From Candidatus Lokiarchaeum ossiferum (GTDB taxonomy: Archaea > Asgardarchaeota > Lokiarchaeia > Sigyniarchaeales > Promethearchaeaceae): DNA of 32,000 nt. The stretch covers positions 1,080,001-1,112,000 of the forward strand of contig CP104013.1 of the NCBI GenBank assembly GCA_025839675.1, given 5' to 3'. This document shows, one piece after another, positions 1 to 9,395 of the stretch; the first letter of the stretch is position 1, and the number at the start of each line of letters is the position of its first letter. A model generated the notes under the pieces. It was not told where the DNA came from. It made no database searches and saw only the letters and a list, made by a program, of their open reading frames with translations. Made by a program: the position numbers and the translations under genes.

Positions 1-312
1 ATAATGGATTTCCTCAATCATAATAATCAGTTTTTTTATTTGTACATTTTATTTGGAAAGTAAATACAATTTTATATAAGCATACAATTAAATTAATGTG
101 TTTTAAGTTTATAAATTTAATTACCTTTTGATTAATGCTGTCATAATTTTCTTATTCTCAATTTAAAGAAATATTTAGAGTTTTATAAGATTTATCGTAA
201 ATAAAATCAAGAATATCTCATTTCGAATAAAATGCTAAAGTTTAAATTTCGATGTTTCCTTAATTATTTTAGGAATCTGTTATCACCTTTGGTTAAATAG
301 GAGAATATCTTC

Positions 313-774
313 ATGCTTATACAAAAGAATGAATCTTTAGACAATGGAGGCAATGTAAAGTTAAAAGAAATAACGCAATCTTTTGATTTATTAACGACTT
401 CAAAATTGCTAAAAAATAAAAAAAAGAATCTATTTAATCAAGGAATTAATAGGGCATTTTCACTTCATTATGATGAGATACATAATAATGCGATAAAACA
501 ACAGATAACCATGAGCTTTAATGAAACTATTTTCGATGTGAAAGAAAATTTATTAGAGGAAACAATCGAGGAAATGATTAAATATTTCTTCTTCTCGCTT
601 CAAATGAAATCTATTATCATAATTAGAAATTCCTTTTCTATCCCACTACAAACTCTGTTAGAAGAATTCGGGGATTTTTTTTCCAAAACAATAGAAATTA
701 AAAAAAAGAGATGGTTGGATTATCAAGGATGCTTTTTTACAAGAAAATCAATATTCGATTCCAATTTTTTCTGA
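313..774 (+). CDS. hypothetical protein (153 aa), no family recognised
   Basis: Longest ORF in this region. AGGAG lies 9 nt upstream of the ATG at 313 (taggagaatatcttcATG). Lys/Asn/Ile-rich composition matches neighbours. No motif recognised. Confidence 0.4.
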   Translation: MLIQKNESLDNGGNVKLKEITQSFDLLTTSKLLKNKKKNLFNQGINRAFSLHYDEIHNNAIKQQITMSFNETIFDVKENLLEETIEEMIKYFFFSLQMKSIIIIRNSFSIPLQTLLEEFGDFFSKTIEIKKKRWLDYQGCFFTRKSIFDSNFF

Positions 775-897
775 ATTTTTTCAATATTTCTTTTCTATCA
801 ACTAAATCTTCACTCATCACTCCCCCCTGATATTATCCATCGATATAAAAAAAAATTTGGGGATGAAAATTTAAGGAGAAAAAACGTACGTCTATTT

Positions 898-1758
898 ATG
901 CAAGTTAAGATAACCAATGTTTATACAAATAAGGGGCAAAAGGAATTGCACTTAAAGGGAGCATGGGGAAATTCCTTTCTTATTGAATATCCTGATGATA
1001 AGATCCTATTTGATCTTGGCTGGAAAGGGAAAATATTCTTGCAAAACTTAACCCACTTGGGCCATTCTCCCAATGAAATTTCTTCGGTCGTTTTTTCCCA
1101 TGGACATCGAGACCATACAGGAAGTTTACCCCTCTTTCTTAAGAACAGAACAATAACAAAACCTTTATCCATTTATGGGCATCCTAGTATGACTGAACCA
1201 AAGAAACAGAAAATTTTGGGACCTATTCAACTCAACATGACATATCCAAACATGGATCAAATCGATCCAAATAAATATCAAGTACATTTAAACACTGATC
1301 CAGTGGAAATCCATGATAAATTATGGACAACAGGAGAAATTTTGAAGCGTAAAGAGAAGGATGGTACAAAAAAAGGATTGATACATAAAATAAACAACAC
1401 TTGGAAGCGAGATCCGTTGTTAGATGATCTATCCTTGATATTAGAAGCGAAGGAGGGATTGATAATAATTGGGGGTTGTATGCATGCAGGATTACTCAAT
1501 ACAATTGAACATGTTCATGATCAATTTAAAGCATCTGGAAAAAAAATCTCAACCATAATTGGAGGAACACATTTATTTACATCTTCACCTGAAGATATCG
1601 ACGCGATTATGCAAAAAATAGAAAATAAATATCAAATTGAACATTTTTATCTCAATCACTGCACCGGAACCAATGCACAAACAAAATTCAAAGAAAAATT
1701 CGGATCAGAAAGAGTTTCATCATGCCCTGTTGGTACACAATTATCTTTTGAAATTTGA
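898..1758 (+). CDS. MBL-fold metallo-hydrolase
   Basis: 286 aa with the canonical HxHxDH zinc motif (SHGHRDHTG) and later conserved His/Cys positions (GGCMHAG, NHCTG). The specific substrate cannot be assigned. Confidence 0.8.
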   Translation: MQVKITNVYTNKGQKELHLKGAWGNSFLIEYPDDKILFDLGWKGKIFLQNLTHLGHSPNEISSVVFSHGHRDHTGSLPLFLKNRTITKPLSIYGHPSMTEPKKQKILGPIQLNMTYPNMDQIDPNKYQVHLNTDPVEIHDKLWTTGEILKRKEKDGTKKGLIHKINNTWKRDPLLDDLSLILEAKEGLIIIGGCMHAGLLNTIEHVHDQFKASGKKISTIIGGTHLFTSSPEDIDAIMQKIENKYQIEHFYLNHCTGTNAQTKFKEKFGSERVSSCPVGTQLSFEI

Positions 1759-1768
1759 TTTTTTAATT

Positions 1769-2002
1769 TTAATTATTAAGGAGAAGAACACAACCAGCAG
1801 AACATTTACAACACCCATCTTCTGATAATTGCGAACAAAGTCTACAATTCGGAAATTTACGCCCTTTCATTGCACCAATAGGAAGTTTTTGTATCGCTTT
1901 AAGCCTGGAAATTCGAATTGAAAGTGGAGATCCATAATATAAAGATTGAGAACCTTTCATTATATTTTTGGGACTAAATTCTCTTGTTTTAGATTCCATC
2001 AT
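1769..2002 (-). CDS. small Cys-rich protein (77 aa), unknown family
   Basis: Fills an otherwise empty 340-bp gap between the 3' ends of the MBL-hydrolase and ABC-permease genes. TTTTATATA (reverse complement of 2030-2038) ends 27 nt upstream of the ATG at 2002. Codons are mostly A/T-ending, as in neighbours. The C-terminus carries CxxC-x7-CCxCxxxC (CRLCSQLSEDGCCKCSAGC). Confidence 0.35.
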   Translation of the reverse strand: MMESKTREFSPKNIMKGSQSLYYGSPLSIRISRLKAIQKLPIGAMKGRKFPNCRLCSQLSEDGCCKCSAGCVLLLNN

Positions 2003-2099
2003 TTATCCTAGTATATTTTGAAATTTGACTATATAAAATCCTAAAAAGATCTAGAAAACATCCAGATAACATGAAAATGAAAAAAAGGAATTTTTTGGT

Positions 2100-2909
2100 T
2101 TAAACAGGGATATCACGCTTGGTGAAGTAGATATTCGCGAGCAAACTTAAGATTAATGAATATCCAAATAATATTAAAATATTTCCAAGCGTCCCAGTAA
2201 AATCTTGATCGATTAGAACAGATCTGGAGTCAAAATAGGTAAAGAAGCTTAGATATTCAATATTGTCAACGGGAATACTTCCAGAATATGCCGAGAGAAA
2301 CCATAATCCCATAACTATTGCAAATCCTACTGCTGTTGATTTTTTTCTATCAAAGATGGTTGAAATTAGAACAACCGTGCTTTCAATTGCAAATAGAAGC
2401 ACCCCTAACCACACAAAACATACAATGAATCCTCCTATATCGACTTCTGCAACAATTATATTTGGATTTATGAGAATTGCGAATAAAGTAAATACTACCG
2501 AGAACACTAACACAGTCAGAATTGTCATGAGATGGCGCAATTGCTTTCCCACCACAAATTCCCATCTTTTCACAGGTTTTGAAAGGACTAAATCAATGGT
2601 TTTCTTTTCAAGTTCTTCTGGGATATCTTGAGCCACAATTAAAATAATGTAGAGCCCATACCACATCCAAGCAAATTCAAAGATATAAAGGTTGAAAAAG
2701 CCTTCAAACGTAGACATATCTACAATACCCCCGATCAATTCAAGAACTTCAGGAGAGATTGTTGACATGATATCATTATATTCAGCGAAAAATGCAGGTT
2801 CAAAGATTGAACTCATCAACAATATGAATCCCCCAATAACGCCCGCAAATATTAGAATAGACTTGATATTTCTATGAATTTCAAATTTTAAGACACTAAG
2901 AATTTCCAT
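2100..2909 (-). CDS. ABC-2 type transporter permease
   Basis: 269 aa with multiple hydrophobic helices. The start lies 3 nt downstream of the ATPase stop, so operon coupling is likely. Topology is typical of ABC-2 exporters, with a large loop after TM1. Confidence 0.75.
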   Translation of the reverse strand: MEILSVLKFEIHRNIKSILIFAGVIGGFILLMSSIFEPAFFAEYNDIMSTISPEVLELIGGIVDMSTFEGFFNLYIFEFAWMWYGLYIILIVAQDIPEELEKKTIDLVLSKPVKRWEFVVGKQLRHLMTILTVLVFSVVFTLFAILINPNIIVAEVDIGGFIVCFVWLGVLLFAIESTVVLISTIFDRKKSTAVGFAIVMGLWFLSAYSGSIPVDNIEYLSFFTYFDSRSVLIDQDFTGTLGNILILFGYSLILSLLANIYFTKRDIPV

Positions 2910-2912
2910 TAA

Positions 2913-3827
2913 TTAGGCCTCCTTTCCTAATTCTTGATCTTTCATGTAATATTTCATGAAAATATCTTCTAATGCAGGGCTTGTGATGTTTAAATCGTCA
3001 AACGAAGCATTGGAAAGATTTTGAAGTATGATAGGCAAGTTTGCAGTTGAGCATACAAAACTCAAATGAGAATCTTTAATGCTTAAAGATCGCACAAATT
3101 CTACAGGTAATTTATCTGCAATGATTTCTGGGGAATTGGAATATAATTCAATTCGTTTCAGAGCGAGTTTTTTTAATTCTGAAATAGATGCAACTTCTAC
3201 AAGCCTCCCATCTCGAATAATGCCAACACGATCGGCAACTTTTTCAACTTCTGGGAGAAGGTGAGATGATAAGAATACCGTGGCTCCAGTTTCTTGCTGA
3301 CGTTCATGAAGGATTTTGTAAAATTCTATTTGCATTAAGGGATCTAAACCACTCGTGGGTTCATCAAGAATATACAGTTCAACATCGGGGGCTAAAACCA
3401 AGATATTTCCTATCTTTTGTTTATTTCCTTTACTCAAATCCCTCACTTTTTTATCCATATCAAAATTTAGTCTTTTAGCCAGTTTTTCAATGGTTTCCCA
3501 TTCCACATCCACATCATACAATGATAATAGATACTTAAGATTTTGACGTCCTGTCATTTCAGTATACAAACCTAATTCCCCGGGAAGATAGGCAATTTTT
3601 TTTCGGATCTCAATAGATTCTTTTGTGATATCTAATCCTAGAACAGACCCATCCCCCGAAGTTTTATGCAAAAACCCGAGTAAAACTCGAATCGTGGTTG
3701 TTTTTCCTGCACCATTAGGACCTAAGAATCCAAATATTTCCCCTTTTTTTACTTCCAGGTTTAAATTTTCGATTCCTCGCTGCTTTCCATAAAATTTTGA
3801 GAGATTTTTACAGTCAATTATACTCAT
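2913..3827 (-). CDS. ABC transporter ATP-binding protein
   Basis: Walker A GPNGAGKTT, signature-like LSKGNKQK, Walker B LYILDEPTSGLD and H-loop SSHLL. 304 aa with a C-terminal accessory domain. Confidence 0.93.
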   Translation of the reverse strand: MSIIDCKNLSKFYGKQRGIENLNLEVKKGEIFGFLGPNGAGKTTTIRVLLGFLHKTSGDGSVLGLDITKESIEIRKKIAYLPGELGLYTEMTGRQNLKYLLSLYDVDVEWETIEKLAKRLNFDMDKKVRDLSKGNKQKIGNILVLAPDVELYILDEPTSGLDPLMQIEFYKILHERQQETGATVFLSSHLLPEVEKVADRVGIIRDGRLVEVASISELKKLALKRIELYSNSPEIIADKLPVEFVRSLSIKDSHLSFVCSTANLPIILQNLSNASFDDLNITSPALEDIFMKYYMKDQELGKEA

Positions 3828-3848
3828 ATGTTTTCACCCAACTCCAAA

Positions 3849-3932
3849 TTCAATATTCGTGAAAATTGAAATCTTCAAAATATATTAGATAATATTAATA
3901 TTTAATACTATTCAAATTTCACGAATATTGAA
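3849..3932. promoter_or_regulatory. 22-nt inverted repeat pair in divergent control region (candidate operator pair)
   Basis: The reverse complement of 3849-3870 (ttcaatattcgtgaaaattgaa) matches 3911-3932 (ttcaaatttcacgaatattgaa) at 21 of 22 positions. The arms flank a 40-nt AT-rich spacer between the ABC ATPase start (3827) and the regulator start (3970). Confidence 0.6.
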
Positions 3933-3969
3933 AACACTTAAATTGTGGTATTTTATATTCTTTATAGGC

Positions 3970-4497
3970 ATGACAGAAAAAAAGGAGCTTATTTTTAGAG
4001 ATATAGAAAGTAAGCTGATAGAAATCATCACCAAACTGAGCTATCAAAAAGGTCGATCATCAAAATTTTCGATCATTGCTGCGTATGCGTATGTTCGGGA
4101 AAACATCACTCAAAAAAAATTGCAAAAAATTACTCATTTTTCTCGAGGTACAATTTCTACCTCTCTAAACAAATTAGTAAACGACAACGTTCTTCAAAAA
4201 CAATATGATTCTGAATCTCATCAATTTGTTTATCAATTAAAAGGAACTCTCCAATCAATACTCGGGGGATCAACTGCGAATATTGGGAGTTATTTCTCAT
4301 CTATTTCCGATAAATTGAAAGAAGTAGAAACTCAATTAAATCAAAAAGATATGAAAGATAAAAAGGGATATAAAAACATACAAGATTTCATTCAAAAAAT
4401 GAAAATAATTTTACCTGCATACGACCATATTATACGAAAATATCAAACATCTATTTCTCCTCCTGAGAAAAAAGTGAATACCAATGAACTCAAATAA
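3970..4497 (+). CDS. winged-helix transcriptional regulator, GbsR/MarR-like (paralog 1)
   Basis: HTH segment ITQKKLQKITHFSRGTISTSLNKLVNDNVLQK followed by a wing (FVYQL) and a C-terminal helical region. The ORF track starts at a TTG at 3928; I prefer the in-frame ATG at 3970 (MTEKKEL), which aligns with the N-terminus of paralog 2. Confidence 0.7.
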   Translation: MTEKKELIFRDIESKLIEIITKLSYQKGRSSKFSIIAAYAYVRENITQKKLQKITHFSRGTISTSLNKLVNDNVLQKQYDSESHQFVYQLKGTLQSILGGSTANIGSYFSSISDKLKEVETQLNQKDMKDKKGYKNIQDFIQKMKIILPAYDHIIRKYQTSISPPEKKVNTNELK

Positions 4498-5023
4498 GAT
4501 TGAGCAAGATCCCCATGGATTTGATCCAGAAATTGTCCAAATTGAAAAAGATCTATTGGATTTTCTTGAAGATGGGATGGTCAATGTCAGCGGTCGGGAT
4601 CCTATAGTATCGAAGGTTATGTCCACTTTTTATACCCGTAAGGAACTAACACAACAAGATTTGCAAAAATTGACTAAATATTCAGCCGGAACTATCTCAA
4701 AAACAGTTCGACAGCTAATAGATATGAAAGTAATTGTAAAAGAACTCATTCCAGGGACCCATAAACATATTTATAAAATGGAAAAATTACCTTATGGTTC
4801 CCCCGCCTACATTTTGAGCTCTGGCAAAATGATAGAAGGTGTATCCGATGAACTGAAGATGATTTTAGATGAACTAGAAAAAAATAAGGAAAATATGAAA
4901 GACCTTGAAGGATTTAATAGAGTTTATTCCATTACATCTCAGTTAGCAACCCTAATGACATCAGTTCCCAAATTTATGGCAATTTTGGAAAATGAATTAA
5001 GAGATTTCATGAAAAAACAATAA
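4484..5023 (+). CDS. winged-helix transcriptional regulator, GbsR/MarR-like (paralog 2)
   Basis: HTH segment LTQQDLQKLTKYSAGTISKTVRQLIDMKVIVKE followed by a wing (HIYKM). Colinear with paralog 1 over its full length. The start overlaps the paralog 1 3' end by 14 nt. Confidence 0.7.
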   Translation: MNSNKIEQDPHGFDPEIVQIEKDLLDFLEDGMVNVSGRDPIVSKVMSTFYTRKELTQQDLQKLTKYSAGTISKTVRQLIDMKVIVKELIPGTHKHIYKMEKLPYGSPAYILSSGKMIEGVSDELKMILDELEKNKENMKDLEGFNRVYSITSQLATLMTSVPKFMAILENELRDFMKKQ

Positions 5024-5073
5024 TCAATTAAGAAATCGCCTTCAATTTAAGGTACTTATCACTTTTTTTAAGT

Positions 5074-5102
5074 AAGGATTAATTTCTTCAAAATCCTTTT
5101 TT
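5074..5102 (+). terminator. hairpin plus T-tract downstream of regulator pair
   Basis: aaggatt (5074-5080) pairs with aatcctt (5092-5098), followed by a T run to 5102, about 50 nt after the stop at 5023. Confidence 0.35.
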
Positions 5103-5382
5103 GAAATTATCTAATATTAGGGATTTGGAAAGAATAGATCTGAATTTAACAGCTATGAATGATCCCCAAATAAGGAGAATAATTTTTCCATATCTGATTA
5201 AAGCAAAGGAATAACTTCAATATTTTTCTTGGAGTTCTATATCACCAATAGAAGTAGAGTTTTAAGAGCACTAACAGATGATTTATAACTTATTGGATAA
5301 ACTTTTCTTAGTAGCATTTCTCAGAGCATTCATATAAATGTATTATTGAAAATTCTTACGCATTCATTTTATATTTCAACAA

Positions 5383-5802
5383 TCATTCCGGATATCTGGT
5401 ATTCATATTATGAAGAGATTGTTCGACTAATTGGGAGAGTATTTTATTGTCGATATCAGCAAGTTTCTTAATATAAAGACACGATTTTCCAATTTTGAAC
5501 TTTCCCAGCTTATTTAAAAGCTCTTTATGTGTTTCAAAACCGTCCATAATGTACAATGTTAAATTTTGCTTTCGGGGTGAGAAAGCTATGCGCATCCAAT
5601 CCCCTTCCCGTCCAGTTTTATATTTATAATGATATTTACCATAACCAATAATGGAATTCCCCCACATTATGGGTTCATTTCCAGATTTTTCTTGCAGTAT
5701 TTGCATAATTACAAGGCTATCTTGTTTTTTTTGAGGGTTTTGAATAGTATCCAAAAAAGCTTGAACATTTTTATCATTCGCCTTTGTTTTTAATACAGCC
5801 AT
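5383..5802 (-). CDS. DUF1801 (YdhG-like) domain protein
   Basis: 139 aa with the family-typical pattern VQAFLDTI...PIMWGNSIIGYGKYHYKYKTGREGDWMRIAFSPRKQNLTLYI. Confidence 0.7.
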   Translation of the reverse strand: MAVLKTKANDKNVQAFLDTIQNPQKKQDSLVIMQILQEKSGNEPIMWGNSIIGYGKYHYKYKTGREGDWMRIAFSPRKQNLTLYIMDGFETHKELLNKLGKFKIGKSCLYIKKLADIDNKILSQLVEQSLHNMNTRYPE

Positions 5803-6096
5803 TACATCAATTATCGAATTAAAGCTAAAAAGATGAACGATTTTTGATAATAATGATAATAATTCCTATTCTTTTGAAATAAAAGTTTTAAAGAAGGTTT
5901 AATTCTCGACACATTTTTTAAGAATTTAACTTCTTTTTTTTCGAAGATTGTTTTGGTTAAACATTCTAACATATTTACATATTTACAATTCGATAAATTT
6001 AAAACTAAGTGAATATGTTTTTTAATAAACACTTTTGATCTTTTGAAAACAAAAAATTTCCAAATTAAGAGTGTTTACATCAAATAATTCAAGGAA

Positions 6097-6411
6097 TTGC
6101 AAATAATGAGCATGAATCAATCAAAAGATAATATTCAACTTCATGGTGAATCCCTTTTTTATTCTTCCAAACCTCATCAATACATTTCGTTTGATGAATC
6201 CTTAGAAAATCTTGCCCACACTGCGGCAAAATATAAACACAATGAAATTTATCTTGAAATTCAAGACAAAAATTTAAAACAAGATACTTTTCCAAGTCTA
6301 AGTGAAGCGGTAAAAGCAATTGATCACTTTCTTAATAATCTTCATAGAACAAATCAATCCCTATACCATCAAATAAAAGGTATTACTTATGAAATCAGCA
6401 CAACTAATTAA
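6097..6411 (+). CDS. hypothetical protein (104 aa)
   Basis: ORF immediately upstream of the MCP gene, overlapping it by 23 nt. No motif recognised and the start is ambiguous (several ATGs between 6097 and 6112). Confidence 0.3.
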   Translation: MQIMSMNQSKDNIQLHGESLFYSSKPHQYISFDESLENLAHTAAKYKHNEIYLEIQDKNLKQDTFPSLSEAVKAIDHFLNNLHRTNQSLYHQIKGITYEISTTN

Positions 6412-8032
6412 AAAATTACAAAATATTAGAGTACAGATGCTCCTTAACTTTGTAATCCCAGCATTCTTAGTCTTTGCAATAGCCATGACCATAACTTATT
6501 TTATTGGCACGTATTCTACAGGAGATATCTTACTTCCCTTAGTAATTGGCAATGGAGTATTGATACCATTAAGTTTGGGATTAATAATATATGCAATTTC
6601 CAACAATATTGCTAAACCAGTAAATACACTCACTCAAATGGCGCAAAAAATTGCAGATGGAGAAAGCTCTTCAGAATCAACGCAAGAAATAACTGCAAAA
6701 GGAGAATTACTAATCCTTTCACAAAGTCTTAATAAAATGATCACCCGAATCAATTCGGAATTAGAATATAATCGATTACTTGTCAATAATTCATCATCCC
6801 CCCTAATAAGCCTTTCTTCGGATTATCAAATTATTCAGGTTGGGACAAATTTAAAAAGCATAACCGGTTTCAATTCAAGCTATTACTTAAACCACCCATT
6901 ATCAAAATTATTTGCGAATATGGACGATGGGAAGAAAGTTATTTCAGATTTAAACCGTTATAAAAAAGTTGATGGAATTTCATGCACTTTAAACAATTAC
7001 TCAGGAAATCCCAATTTATTCGCAAAAATTTACATAAATCCATTAATTTCCAAAGATGGACAAAAATTGGGGTACTTAGCTACGATTATTGATGAAAGAA
7101 AAAACAGAACTATGACAAACTCTATACAAAAAGTTGCTGAAGAAGTATCATCAATGGCTCAACATATGTCTGCATCTACTGATCAATTATATTCATCTTT
7201 AAACACACTATCAATCAATTCAGAAGATTTAGCTAAAGGTGCAAGCACTCAATCATCCACAATGGGAGAAATAGGAACAGCCATCACAAATGTGAAGAAT
7301 TTAAGTGAAGAAGTGGTTTCTGTTAACCAAGAAGTTGCAGCCATAACAATGGAAACAAAATTACTCGCAGAGCAGAGTAATGAGCAAATTAAAACGGTTT
7401 CATCGAAAATCAACACAATAAATGAAAATTCTCAAACATTATCTGCAATCCTTGCAAACCTCTTAGATAAAAGTCAAGGAATAACCAAGATAGTTGAAGT
7501 AATTACATCAATTGCAAATGAAACGAATTTATTAGCGTTGAATGCAGCTATAGAGGCAGCTAGGGCAGGTGATGCAGGAAAAGGATTTGCAGTTGTTGCA
7601 GAACAAGTCAGAAAGCTAGCGGAAGATTCAAAGGATGCAGGAGAGCAAATCAATCAATTAATATTGGATATTCAGGAAGAAGTTGAAAATGCAGCATTAA
7701 GTTCAGAAGCCACACTCGATTCTATATTAACGGGAGAACAGTCACTATCCAAAGCAAATCAAGAATTTATTAGCTTATTTAAAAGTATAGACAAAATCGA
7801 TGAAAGTGTGAACCAAACTGCTCAAAAAATTTTTACGACAGATCAATTTATTGATGTAATCGCTAATAACTTCACACAAATTAATGCAGTAGTTCAACAA
7901 ACATCTGGAACTGCTCAAGAATTTTCAACTTCAGCTATAGAAATAAGTTCTGAAATTGAAAAAGTAAATTCAAATACACTCCAATTAGAATCAACAACTA
8001 GACACTTGTTTGAGGAAATAACCAATCTCTAA
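6389..8032 (+). CDS. methyl-accepting chemotaxis protein (transducer)
   Basis: Two N-terminal TM helices, a HAMP-like linker and a PAS-like middle region. The signalling hairpin is highly conserved: [37 protein letters not shown]. Confidence 0.9.
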   Translation: MKSAQLIKKLQNIRVQMLLNFVIPAFLVFAIAMTITYFIGTYSTGDILLPLVIGNGVLIPLSLGLIIYAISNNIAKPVNTLTQMAQKIADGESSSESTQEITAKGELLILSQSLNKMITRINSELEYNRLLVNNSSSPLISLSSDYQIIQVGTNLKSITGFNSSYYLNHPLSKLFANMDDGKKVISDLNRYKKVDGISCTLNNYSGNPNLFAKIYINPLISKDGQKLGYLATIIDERKNRTMTNSIQKVAEEVSSMAQHMSASTDQLYSSLNTLSINSEDLAKGASTQSSTMGEIGTAITNVKNLSEEVVSVNQEVAAITMETKLLAEQSNEQIKTVSSKINTINENSQTLSAILANLLDKSQGITKIVEVITSIANETNLLALNAAIEAARAGDAGKGFAVVAEQVRKLAEDSKDAGEQINQLILDIQEEVENAALSSEATLDSILTGEQSLSKANQEFISLFKSIDKIDESVNQTAQKIFTTDQFIDVIANNFTQINAVVQQTSGTAQEFSTSAIEISSEIEKVNSNTLQLESTTRHLFEEITNL

Positions 8033-8060
8033 GCTTTTTTTTCAATTTGGGGGAAAAAAA

Positions 8061-9257
8061 ATGCAAATTAATGTGGAAAAAAAAAAACCGATCAGCGCTG
8101 AGATTTCAATTCATGGATTCGACAAATTCTCACCTATTTCAACATGTTTCTTTGAATTACTGGGAATACCTGGATGCATTATGAATAGTAAATGTGTGAT
8201 TCTAGATACAAATCAACCTTTTGAAAAATTGCTCAATTATCCAAAGGAACAATTGATCGGTACTCGTTTGGCAGATTTAACCATAAATTATCAACATGAT
8301 GGCGTTTCATCTTTAGCGTGGATTGAAAATGAATTGAAACCAAAAATTTTCCAAAAAAAAAATATCGTTGAAGAATTAACACAAAAAAATCATTCAATAT
8401 TTCTTACAGGAGAGCAAAACTATATTGATTTGACCTTTAACCTGACATGGGTTGTATTCGAAAATCAATATTACGGTATTGCGACATTTGACGAGAAACA
8501 TACTACAAAATGTTTAGAACCAAACAATCAATTTAAGAAGAAAACCGCATTATTAAACCAAAGCAAGAATAACATATTATCCCATTTAGCTGGAGGAATT
8601 GCTCACGATCTTAATAATACTCTCACAACTATTTCAGGCAATGTATCATTAATTCAACTAGAAGAAAATTTAAATTTAACTGTAGACCAACAGAACTTGC
8701 TAAAAGATGCAGAACTGGGAATAGAGCAAGCAACAAACTTAACATCGCAGCTTCTAAATTTTGCTAAAACGGGAGATATAATAAAGAATCCCGTTCCAGT
8801 TGGAGAAATTTTCAGGAAAATTGCAAAATTCTCCCTTAGTGGAACAGATATCAGCCCAGTTTTTGATATTGATGAATTATTGGAACCAATCAAAGTCAAT
8901 TTGGCACAAATTGCAAGAGTATTTCAAAATATTACCATCAATGCAATACAAGCAAAACCCCAAGATAAGAAAATTATTTTCACTGCAAAAAATATTTCCT
9001 TATTACCTTTGAATAAATGGAATTTACTACCTGGAAAATATGTTTCCTTTTCAATAAGAGATACTGGAGAAGGCATCCCTGCATCAAATCTCTCAAGAAT
9101 CTTTAATCTCTACTTTTCCACTAAAAATGAAGGAAATGGAATTGGTCTTGCTTTGTGTAAGCAAATTGTTGAAAATTATGATGGAGATATTCGAGTGGAA
9201 TCAGAAATTAACAAAGGATCTTGTTTTCACATCTTTTTTCCATCTAAATTGATGTAG
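8061..9257 (+). CDS. PAS-domain sensor histidine kinase (cytoplasmic)
   Basis: H-box LAGGIAHDLNNTL, N-box FQNITINAIQA, G1 RDTGEGIP and G2 GNGIGLALCKQIV. The N-terminus is PAS-like and no TM segment is present. Confidence 0.9.
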   Translation: MQINVEKKKPISAEISIHGFDKFSPISTCFFELLGIPGCIMNSKCVILDTNQPFEKLLNYPKEQLIGTRLADLTINYQHDGVSSLAWIENELKPKIFQKKNIVEELTQKNHSIFLTGEQNYIDLTFNLTWVVFENQYYGIATFDEKHTTKCLEPNNQFKKKTALLNQSKNNILSHLAGGIAHDLNNTLTTISGNVSLIQLEENLNLTVDQQNLLKDAELGIEQATNLTSQLLNFAKTGDIIKNPVPVGEIFRKIAKFSLSGTDISPVFDIDELLEPIKVNLAQIARVFQNITINAIQAKPQDKKIIFTAKNISLLPLNKWNLLPGKYVSFSIRDTGEGIPASNLSRIFNLYFSTKNEGNGIGLALCKQIVENYDGDIRVESEINKGSCFHIFFPSKLM

Positions 9258-9395
9258 AACGAAGATAGCTCATTCATACTTAACGATCAGTTATTTGTTC
9301 CGCAGTTGGGAGGAATTATTCCGAGAGATGGTTTTCTTTTAACATACTTTTTTTTATTAAGCAAATTATTATAGACCAAAAATAAAATTTATAAC

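Noticed and set aside
2263-2631. Antisense or shadow ORFs inside well-supported genes (for example 921-1172, 1278-1499, 2263-2631, 3079-3546, 8654-8899, 10528-10722, 11020-11244, 12806-12988, 15516-16054, 17050-17256, 18481-18825, 21837-22207, 26091-26740, 27355-28036, 29341-29610, 30866-31057, 31302-31613)
   Set aside because: Each lies wholly within a longer ORF that has clear family motifs. Their products are low-complexity or odd in composition and lack start-site signals.
1769-5023. RiPP or bacteriocin-type cluster (Cys-rich peptide + ABC-2 exporter + regulators)
   Set aside because: No modifying enzyme (lanthionine synthetase, radical SAM, cyclodehydratase or dedicated leader protease) is present. 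The 77-aa product is basic and long for a precursor. The idea is retained only as a caveat in the small-ORF finding.
5811-6032. 73-aa minus-strand ORF just upstream of the DUF1801 gene
   Set aside because: It lies in a very AT-rich spacer. The product is low-complexity (Lys/Asn/Phe/Leu) with no motif and no upstream signal. It is more likely promoter DNA for the DUF1801 gene and the MCP operon.
8077-8087. A11 homopolymer in codons 6-9 of the histidine kinase (and A10 at 8353-8362) as phase-variation switches
   Set aside because: Long A/T homopolymers are frequent throughout this AT-rich window, in both coding and non-coding DNA (for example 19579-19589, 26945-26956 and 28466-28476). Nothing singles these two out without population data.
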